NCBI RefSeq assembly: GCF_000143415.4
Contig: NW_003314283.1
Location: 1,850,330 to 1,914,329, forward strand
Source: Selaginella moellendorffii
Taxonomy: Eukaryota; Plantae; Lycopodiophyta
Reading direction: 5' to 3'
Length of the DNA stretch: 64,000 nt
Shown here: in pieces, positions 10,623 through 20,300 of the stretch
Numbering within the stretch: the first letter of the stretch is position 1
Layout of the letters: each line of letters starts with the position of its first letter
Program-made: the position numbers and the translations under genes
Notes under the pieces: generated by a model
What the model was told of the DNA's origin: nothing
Seen by the model: the letters and a program-made list of their open reading frames with translations, nothing else
Database searches by the model: none

Positions 10623-13200
10623 TTGTTGTGCATTTCTGAACAGGCGAGGAATTGCGTTCTTCTTCCAGCCACTGTCAATGTGGATGCAGAGAAGGGGGAG
10701 GAGCTCACCAGTTGGACTTTCGGGATGGAAGGCGAGGATCTGAGGCTGTACAACACAGATGGTGGGAGAAAAGAATGCATGGGGATCCTCATCCAAGTGA
10801 CAGACACTCCATGCAGTTCCATGCAAGAATATGGATTGGCACTTGTGGTACAGACAACGTCCGCCTTCAATATCCACCTTGCACATTCTAGCGGCTTCCC
10901 GGAGGGGGGCAGCGGCTATGAGGAATTCCTAGAGGGAGCTAGGGAGAGGTTGTCCAAGAGGCCCACAATTTCAAAGACGCTGCGGGTCTATGAAGATCAC
11001 ATGGAATCCACGGACCTCACCTACGGCGATGTTCAAAAACTATATTCCAACATTGAGCCGTTGAGAGTGCCTCCAGTTTGCGAAGCGAAGGGGAAGGGGG
11101 TCGATCTGGAAACTACCCCGAAGCAGAAAAGGGTGGTCAAGCTCAAGCCGACGTCTGACTCTCCTGCTCCAAAAAAGAAGCTACTTGGTGATGCCATTGC
11201 CTCGGGTTCGAACACTACACCCACCAAAAAGAAGAGCCGCAAAGAGCAAAAAGAGCAAGAAGAGGCAGCAAAAATCGTCGCAGATAATAGTACTTGTTAC
11301 TATTCCAACAAAGTATATACAATCGACGTGAGCCATATCGACATCCAAAGCAAATACAACCACAGGCTAGTATCTGATGAGTGGGTGGAGAAACTGAAGC
11401 AGAAGATGCTGGCAAGTCCAGTAAAACCCGACATCGCAGACGTGATCCCCTACTACCGAACAATGAAGGGCGAGACGAGGTTTCCAGACTTGATCAATAG
11501 GAAGGTGTTGGACGATCAAAACATCCGGTTCTATGCCGACTCTAGGCAACATTCTAGCTTGGCGATGCAAGAGATAGTTGTGGATATTATGGTGGGCGAG
11601 GAGGTGAAGAAAGTCTTCAAGACAAGAGTTGTCCGCCTGATAAAAGGCAACTCGCCCCTCCGATCTATCATATACATCTCCCACGCGCAGAATGTCAAGC
11701 AAGAAACATGCTACAAATCAGGTCTGCACGAGACATTGGCACAAACACGGAAGCTCTGGGTTCAACTGAAGAAGCCACAAAAACCAGGACAAGGACATGC
11801 ACTATCAACTAGCGCCTGGCAGGTAAGCCTCGTTGCATGTGGCATAGCATGTGGCCTCACGCCATTTCCATTGCAGGAATTCTCGAGTCTTCTCTCGAAA
11901 ACACTGGGGGTCAATGACACACTTAGCATCCATAACATTCTACTCGCGACAAAAGTTGTTTTTGACAAATGGGTAGATGTGCTGAGGAGGTACCATGACG
12001 GGGAGTTGCTAAACTCAATGGGTGTGGAGGATGGCCGAAAGCCCAATGATTTGAAGCTCAACGCCTTGCGTTTCTCGCGGTCTCTAGACGACGACGACCT
12101 TCTGACAGTGGCTAATGCTCTTCTACGTGGTGAAGTAGTCTTCAACAAGACCAAAATGACTCCCGGCCATATTATGACATACGAGGACTTGTGCACGACT
12201 CTGAGAGCTCGTGCGCTATTGAAGGATTGGATCTTCGAGCAAGTGGCCATGGAGAGGGTGAGCATCGACACCACACAAGAGATGATGGAAGAGCTGGAGT
12301 TGTCAAATGAAGACATCGACGACTACGTGAAGGGGGCCCCCAAGTTCATCGATCTGCTGCGGGATGCCACGAAAAGTAAAGCTGAGAAGTTGGATCAGTA
12401 TCCAAATTTCATTAAGAGGGATGTCGACCGCCGGCTTCAGAAACAGCTCGACCCCGCAGCAGAGGCCTATCGAGAACCTTACCGGGTATACGTGAATTCG
12501 GATGAGGATCAAAGGTGGAGGAGCATCGTTTCCCGCGGAGATGAGCAGGTCAAGAACATCTTTTGTGTGATGGACTTCACAAACGAGGAGATCACTCATG
12601 CAGACGAAGTCAGCTCCATCATTGACTTAATGGTGGGACTTGCAGAGGTGGAATCTTCAGTCCACTATATGATCTACGACTCCGAATCCTATCACAAGTT
12701 CTGGAAGGCCTTGAACGAGGTGAAGGCTCGGTTGAAAGGCAAGAAGATGCAAGAGATCCATGGGATAATGGCTAAGAAGAAGATACCGACGAATGTCCAC
12801 ATCTTCACACTCGCCCTTGTTATTGGTCCTGCAGCAAAGTGGGACTGGAGTGACTTCCCAGCTTTGTTCGACAAGGCCGATCGAATTGATCTGAGGGAGG
12901 TCAGTTTACCCGTGCCTGAGGAACTGAAGACGGCTATAGAGCTTTCGAATCCAGAGAAAGCTCCAGGTGCAGCATGGAAAATGCTCAGCTGGGTCTTCAA
13001 CGCAATAGCGGGTGGGTCACCTGCTTCCGACTCCAAGGGCAAATGCGTTGTCGAGTACAACTGCGGCGGACTATTATTTCGAGCCGCACTACTCAAGGGT
13101 GTCCCGTATGTTGCGGTGACAAACTCCATTGAAGAAGTGACTTCAATGGAGCATATAATTACAGTTGCCAAAGAAAAACAGTATCTTCTTTGCGAACCTG
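10623..13200 (+). CDS. N-terminal exons: ParB/sulfiredoxin-like domain plus amino-methyltransferase-like C-terminal region
   Basis: TIDVSHIDIQSKYNHRLVSDEWVEKLKQKM...FYADSRQHSSLAM resembles ParB-N (R....V..L...; G.HR..A); GKCVVEYNCGGLLFRAALLKGVPYVAV resembles VLDPF.GSG....AA...GR..IG. Confidence 0.6.
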
Positions 13201-15168
13201 GTGAGTACGCACTTTAAGTTTAAATGTTATCTCACAAGCTCTGTATGCAGGAGCGTGGCCACCCCCAGATGCTGAAACGGCGTTAACAGCTACTGTTGAA
13301 GATACCCATGTTGGGCCGAGCTCACAACCTGCACAAGGTAAGGTCACGTGAGGCCTCACGCCATTTTGATTATAAATCGTTGTTAATATTCAGACACGAG
13401 GACTGAAAAGCGCACTGGTGGCGCGTAGAAGAAGGACAAACAAACAAGCAATAGGAAAAAAGGAGGTACAAATTATATTTGCAATGGTGTGTGGTCTCAT
13501 GCCATTCCTTGCAGGAGACACTTCTTCAAAGGCAAAACAGGCAAGCACCAGCCAAGCTCAAACTGACAGTGGTCATAAAAAGCGAAAGCACGTTGGACAG
13601 TCATCGGGATCAGAGGCATTTGATTCGAAAAGGAAGAAGGGCAACGAAAAGATGATAGGTAATGCCTCGCGGTTATGGCGTGTGTGCTCATGCCATTCAT
13701 TGCAGATCAAGGGCTGAGTGAAAGCAGCCAGTCACCACCTCCTGACTCAGATTCCTATGGCGGACTCCCCTTCCCCAATCTCAATGGAGAGGTACAATGA
13801 ATGAAGGATGCTTTTCAAGTCAGGGCCACGTTTTTCTCATCTCGTCGTCTTCGAAGGGTGCAAGAACGTGCAGAAACCATGTTAAGACAGTCGGGTGAGG
13901 ATACGGTCCTAGGTTAGGCACTAAAACAGGCTATGGATGTCTTGTATTTTGAGATGGAGACTCGGCCAGATGATTTTCCCAAGATGGTCCTGGAAGAACA
14001 AGCCATCCAGCCTGAGCAGCCTATGGAAGAAATGCAGGAGGGGGATGAGGAGCCAGAGAAAGATAATGAGCAGGAAGAGCAGAAAAACGAAGAGGAGGAC
14101 AAAGAAGAGGAGGACGAAGAAGAGGAGGACAAAGAGGACTTGGATGGTCCTCACAATGGTGACGATCACAATAACGACGACGACGATGATGACGACGATG
14201 GCCAGCCTGAGGTGGCCAAAGAGCAGCGGAGGAAGGTCATACAAGACAAACCATCAGGTAAATAATAGTACATCCATTCCTAACCTTTTACCATTTCTAA
14301 CATTGTCCATGTAGATCGCAAAGCAAATGGTAAGTAGAGATTATTCAGTTGAATTAAGATACAAACTCTAGCCTTTAGTGTCGAGGAAGGATAGTGCCAA
14401 GCAAGGGTCGAAACGTATGTCCAATCCTTCAGAATCAACAGTGCGCCCAAGTGATATCGGTCCTAGTTCCTCAATAGCAGTTGATGGTAAATACAATATA
14501 GTCGATTCAATGTGCTAATGAGTTTGTTTTTAGTAGCCAGTAGGGAGGATACCATCTCAATCGAAGGGAGATATTTGGACATGCATATGGATCCGCCAGT
14601 GGACTCTACTTGCCTGCAAGAGTCATCAGAGCTGGTGGAGGCTACTATCCATATCAACGCCAAGCAAGCTGACCACGCTCCACTTGATGCTGCCCATACC
14701 ACTGAGTCAATCTTGTCCACGTATCCAACTGACGGTGACCAGGCGCCATTGGACCCGCATAAGGCCGCCCCAACCGCCGAGCCGGTCGTATCCTCATTTC
14801 CAACGGACTCAACGTGTGCCCAATCGTCTGACTACGCGCCGTTGGAACCTCCCTACACCGCCCCTACTGCTTGTTTGGTCATGTCCACTTTGCCAACGGA
14901 GGCACCAGCTGAAATGGCGTGTGATCACACACCATCAGAACCACCCCATGCCATTGTTGAGCCAGTTGTACCAGAGTCTACAGCTGAAATGGCATGTGCC
15001 CACACGCCATCGGATGTGATTGACCCCACATTGCAGAGGAGAGTATTTCCACCCTTCACGTTTCCTCGACCAAAACCCTCTCAATGACCATCGGGAGCAC
15101 CATTCGCTAATATTGTAGATGGTAAAATTGACTTGTACCATTTTTTATGTTGACGCATTTCATTTCAG

Positions 15169-16031
15169 AGTCACGGCGAAGGTACTGTATCGTTTTTGAT
15201 CTGAACGGTGTCCTTTTCTCCCATGAGCGTGGCTCGTCCTCGAATGTCACTTCACCCTCCAAAGCCTGCGGTCGCAAGTTGGTCAAAAGAGACAGATTCA
15301 CATTAATCACACGGGAGAAACTGCGGGATCTAATAATGACCATGCGACACTTAAAACAGAGGGCCGGGTTCAATTTGCAATTGGGAGTTTGGACATCCAT
15401 GATGCACCACAATGCATTAACGTTGCTACAGATGATGCACGATCAAATGCGAGTAATATTACCATTTGACTTTCTCCTAACACAGGAGGATTGCTTGACT
15501 ATGGTCCATGTGAGGGGTAGCAAGCCCATCTTCGTCAAGCCAGAGGCTGTAGTGATGAACTGGACTGCTAGGTCAAGTGAAATCCTCATCATTGATGACT
15601 CGCCGATTAAAACTGCAGCGAACATGCACACATATGCAGTGCACCCCATCTCTTGCAGTATGGAAACTAGGGAGAAGAAACCATATGTTCTGGGGGACCT
15701 TGCAAAACGGCTTGGAGCGATGGTGATAGAGAACCAGCCAGTCCAGGAGGTGGCTGCAGAAATCAACCAAATGGCAGATGGAACGGTATATCAGAAGCCA
15801 TTTGATCGGACAGACACCAATCATCATTTATGGCATGTATATTGTCTAGCCAAGCACTATCCGCATCTCCATAATCTGCTCAACCGGATGGGTTCTTCGA
15901 CCACTGAACATGAGCGTGGACGTATTAGAGAAGAGATGGCATTACTATTGGGTTTAAATCCTGATAGTGTGGAGAGTGATGAAATTCCAAGATTATTGTA
16001 TAGGCGTTGGAGGCAAAAAATAACAGTCTGA
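15169..16031 (+). CDS. FCP1/NIF-type HAD phosphatase-like domain (terminal exon)
   Basis: CIVFDLNGVL, LGVWTSMM, LLTQEDC, KPIFVK and ILIIDDSPIK..AN are hallmarks of the plant FCP1-homology (NIF) family. Confidence 0.85.
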
Positions 16032-16446
16032 GATGGCATGTATTTATTTTAAAATGTAACTTATTATGGCATGGGGTTCCATGCCATTGTATTAATATTA
16101 AAAGACAATTCTTTGAGAGGATTTGCATTATACTAGAAGTGTTACAGCATGTTATTGGAAGTCTACGAAGTTGTTTTATTAATAAGGGGAAAGTAAAGAT
16201 TGAATGGGGACTTGGGCTCCACCTAGACTCGGAGCAACTGAGCCAATATTAAAAGGATGGAAAGAAATTGGACGACGATGACAAAGAGAAGAGAGAGGTG
16301 AAGCAGTGGCAGGGGGAGGAGAAGTGATTGAGTAGACATTTCCTTGTTTAAAATAAAATGGCATGTGCCTCAATGCAGTTGAATTTTGTTATATTTATAT
16401 ACTATATAAAGGTTTGGAAACCTTATTTTACAAGTGGGATAATGAC

Positions 16447-16473
16447 AATTCCCACTTTAATGAAATAGAGCTT
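16447..16473 (-). repeat. Right TIR of the Sola-like element
   Basis: aattcccactttaatgaaatagagctt, reverse complement of the left TIR with 2 mismatches. Confidence 0.93.
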
Positions 16474-16477
16474 TCTT

Positions 16478-17101
16478 CCCGATAGGATGCCACCACCGCA
16501 AGGGGATACTCTATCATGGAGTGTGTTGTAAGCCCAACACATTTCCCAAGCCTTAAAGGTTGCGAGCAGCTTCATGACTTTTGAGGGTGTGGTTGTCATG
16601 ATCCTTCCCCGCTCTCTAATATGGAAAGGCCTTCTCGCACACTTGGCTGACAACAATGATGGATTTATCGAGTTTTCATCTAGTTGCCTTCTTTCGAGTA
16701 TGGTGGTGGACACAAAAGACACTAGTGGGCAAAAGCAAAAGGTGTGTGACTTCTTTATTTAGAAATTAACTCTATTCTTTTTTTTTTTTTTCCAGGTTTA
16801 TTCCTGGAACTACCATGCTCTATGCCACATTGGGAACCGGCGTAATACCATACAAGCTGATGAGTGTGCTGCTCTTGCTTTACTAGGATATGACAGCTCT
16901 ATAGACATCATCCCAAATGTGATTGACTTGGACATTCTTCACCCAGCATTCCTTGGTTATCGACATCGTTCGGTCACGGCCATGCAGATCTTGTTGGAGT
17001 TATTCTGTCCACCAAAGGGGATTGTACTTGATGCTACAGTAGGATTTGGGTCAATGGTACAGGCAGCGAAAGAGACAGGCCGAGAAGCAGAAAAAGATTG
17101 A
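16478..17101 (+). pseudogene. C-terminal half of the beta-class N4C/N6A DNA methyltransferase-like gene
   Basis: HRSVTAMQILLELFCPPKGIVLDATVGFGSMVQAAKETGR corresponds to motifs X/I of N6_N4_Mtase (KP..L...LI....G..VLDPF.GSG.T..AA...GR); one intron (~16742-16796) and a stop. Confidence 0.8.
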
Positions 17102-17366
17102 ATATATTCTGATTTTAATATAAGTTATGTGGTTTAATATATTATTTTCTTTCTTTGTAGACTAAAAGATTAGTTCATGTCGAACTAATAATCTACATGA
17201 GCTTATGGAATACCTTAAACACCTAGATTTTATGTTAAAAATTCTTGGTTCGAAACAAACTAAGGTAGTGCCATTAAACTTTCACTTGTTAGGGGATTGT
17301 ATTGACTTCTTTTGACTTTTGTTGACTTTTATTGACTTGAGCTCAGCTCAAAAACTACCCAGCCCC

Positions 17367-20300
17367 TGCCATTGCTAACGAATCTCACCACCTCCCATTC
17401 TGCCGAAGCATCTAGACCTCCACTCCTCTAGCTGCCTCAATTTCACTTGCTCCTTCAGGATGGTGTAATGAAGCTGCACTACTACAAGAGTGAGTCTCCA
17501 CCACAATGCCACCACCATCGATATCCTTGCTTGTTGCCCATAAAAGTGGCAATGGTTTTGTGCCTCCTAGAGTGCTTGCACTTCTGTCACTCTCCAGATG
17601 GACCAGCGCTCATGGCCCATCGCCTCCCAAACTAACATCCCGACTTCAGCCCCTATTGCGTCCCACTAGACCCAACTTCAACCCCTATCGTACTACTTGA
17701 ATCCTGCCCTTGACTTCATCATCCGTCACTATCGGCATGACCTGTTTATCTCCTGCTGGCAGCTGCATGTCGCCTCTCATAACCCGACAAGGACGCCCAA
17801 CATTCTGTTTTGGGGACACAATGAACCACACCTCCACATCACCATCCTCCCAAGTTGGTGTTGGGGCTGCAAACACCCGTGTCTAGGCCCCCAAGCTGAT
17901 GCGTTCCCTGTTTGGCTCCACGTCCCATTATAGAGCCACAACGTCTCCAGGTTTGAGACAATGCCTAGGCCAGAGCTGCCCTTTCTTCACCTCACTCACT
18001 GCTTTGATGATGCGAAGAAGATTGAGGTGGACTTTCCTCCACCATCCTTGGTTAAAGACTTGCATATGCCTTGTAGTCTTCCTCCTATCCTTGTCTAGAA
18101 CTCCCACCAGTTGCTTGAGGGTTCTGAAGCCTTCGCCATGCAGCTTTCTCCAGATTGTGTAGTGGTCTTCCCTACCCAATGTCTTGTCATCCACTTTGAA
18201 GAGGTCATTGAAGAATAGGGGTTGGTTCAGCCAGTCCTCCACTCGCCCTGGCATTTCCCTACTGACTAGAAACTTGCTCCATAACCTGAGAAACCCTTGA
18301 ACCAGTGTGCCCCCCTTGACTACTTGCTTCGGCCCTTCAACAAACAGCCAACGTGGATCCTTCTCCCATGGTGCCTAGTGTTGTGCCTAGGTCGAATTGC
18401 CAACAAACTCTGCCTAAACATGAGTCTTTACCTAGTTGAAGGCCCATAAGGAGGATTTTGTACCGTAGTGCCTTTGCCATGTTGCTCGGATCAATAACTC
18501 CAAGTCCTCCCAAGACTCGTGGACGTGTTGTGGATTGCCATGCAACCTTGGCCATGATCCTTCCTGTGACAAGCGCACCCCACCACACATACTTACGAAC
18601 CATCATGCGTACCTTTTTAAGAGTGCATTCAAGGACATGCCAGATTGAGAGGTGGTACCAAATGTTGGGCAGAATGATGCTCCTAGCTACAACCACTCTC
18701 ACTAGCAAACCAAGTTTCTGAGGAGCCCACTTCTGGATTAACATTTGTATCCTTCGGAGCAAGGTGTCATCTTGAAGTGTTGCATTAAACTGGGTACCAA
18801 CCTGAATCCCCAAGTACCTAGTGTCCTCTCTTGGTTTGAGCTACTGGAAGTCGATGTCTTGGCCCCATGACTCAATGCTTGGCTGCCCCTAGTTGATGCC
18901 CACTGATTTGTTCCAGTTGATTGCTGCGCCAACTGCGAGGTTGAAAGTCTCCAGTGCCTTCTTAGCTGCATCTAGGTTCTCCTTTGTTGCGAGGAGGAAC
19001 AAGGCCGTGTCATCTACAAATGCTCCATCCAGGAGTTCCTGAGTCACCCTTGCTATTCTTGGAAGTTGCTGTCTCACAGCTGGTAGGGTGAGTTCTTTGA
19101 TGCACCCACCTTCTGCTAGAAAAGTGCCTAGGGCCTTAACCACAAACCACTCGTGGGGGACACACTAGGGAAGGGATGCACGCACTTCCACTGCCGCATT
19201 TTCCCTCTCTGCAGTCCACTACTGGGCTGTGTACAGCAGTTGGTAGAACTCCTAGGTGAGCTGCTGCATCCCTTGTTGATCCTCGATGACCCTCCCATCA
19301 TTGTGCTTCAGTCCCAGGATGGGAGGACAGTCAGTCATTGGCCTGATTCCCCTAAAGAAAGACTTGTTGAGAAGGCATTCATTTAGGGCCCATTCATCTT
19401 CCATGGCCCAGACACCCTTGCTCCACGCTACATACTCCAGGTCATGTAGCTTGGCTTCCTGTTCATCCAATACTACTTGCCACTTGTTCTCATTTTGTGT
19501 GTTCAGCAACATCCTATGCACTGCTGCCACCTTCTACCTGGCCAATCTCACGTCCTTCATCACTGCTCCTTTGAGATCCTTTTGGCATGCCCGGAGCTTC
19601 TGGGAGCAAGACAAGAGCATTGGGATCAGTCCCATCTTGTCTTGCACGAGGGTGTCATGTATTAGCCCAATCGTCACTAAGTCTCGCACGTTGCTCTTGT
19701 GATTGAGTGCTGGACTGTTGTCCCTTTGTTCCTTTGAAGCTTGATCACACTGCAGAGGGGGTCGTGATCAGAGAAGGAGGTGAAACCGAGCCACGTCTTA
19801 AGGCTTCCACCATCCTACCATATGCGAGTTGAGGCATAAATCCGGTCTAGTCTCAATTGGGAGGTCACTGACTACCGCCTCGTAAAGGGGTGAGCATGAG
19901 ATGCAAACCCCATTGCATGTTGGAGGTCCATGATCCCTAGTGCATCCACAAGCTGACTCCACTGCTCCCACTCACAAAGTAGAATTATTTCCTGCATTCC
20001 CTTGCAATTGCAGATGTCCTTAACCATGTTGAAGTCTCCTAGAACCAGCCATTCATTTGCTTGCCCTTGGGTGGATTGCAATATGCTCAGCCAGAATTCT
20101 GCACATCTCCCTTTCCTCATTGGTGCATAGATGTTGATTATCCCCACCCGTCTGAAGTGGAGATGAAGGACAAGCAACTGAGCCTTCCCCGGAACCAGGA
20201 CAATGTGGTTTCGTACCTGAGCAGACCATTTGGTTGAGACTACCACTGCTGTGCCACCTCCTGATCTGGCCACCACTTGCGTGGCTGGGTTCCACCAGAG

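Larger units (their letters stand above)
10623..16031 (+). pseudogene. Large multi-exon cargo gene: ParB/Srx-like domain, degenerate beta-class MTase-like fold, acidic/Pro-rich linker, FCP1/NIF HAD phosphatase-like domain (a few premature stops in the linker exons)
   Basis: 864-aa open frame 10623-13217; GT-AG introns 11823-11876, 13201-13250, 13338-13393, 13466-13514, 13659-13705, 15122-15168, the last joining the Pro-rich exon in frame to the HAD exon; linker exon phases not fully resolved. Confidence 0.7.
3955..16379. repeat. Dispersed 22-bp palindrome family ATGGCRTGWGGCCWCAYGCCAT (at least 27 copies)
   Basis: Copies start near 3955, 4271, 4360, 4767, 4960, 5120, 5266, 6608, 6665, 8268, 8338, 8374, 8544, 8642, 9223, 9298, 10430, 10507, 10567, 11844, 13343, 13484, 13675, 14914, 14989, 16066, 16358. 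Confidence 0.93.
3729..16473. mobile_element. 12,745-bp Sola1-like cut-and-paste DNA transposon with cargo genes
   Basis: TIRs AAGCTCTATTTCRTTAAAGTGGGAWTT (25/27 identical); TSD TCTT at 3725-3728 and 16474-16477; flanks rejoin in frame; DDD transposase inside; a 4-bp TSD fits Sola. Confidence 0.92.
3139..17366. mobile_element. Right part of a Mutator-like (MULE) element carrying a DNA-methyltransferase-like gene, interrupted by the Sola-like element
   Basis: 3139-3728 joined to 16478-17366 is colinear with the uninterrupted copy at ~41560-43205; ends in GAGCTCAGCTCAAAAACTACCCAGCCCC; related ends at 26421, ~28644 and ~43205 are associated with MULE transposase remnants. Confidence 0.7.

Noticed and set aside
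3955-16379. 22-bp palindromes as CRISPR repeats or bacterial REPs
   Set aside because: Irregular spacing, location in spliceosomal introns and CDS, no Cas or RAYT/HUH protein visible
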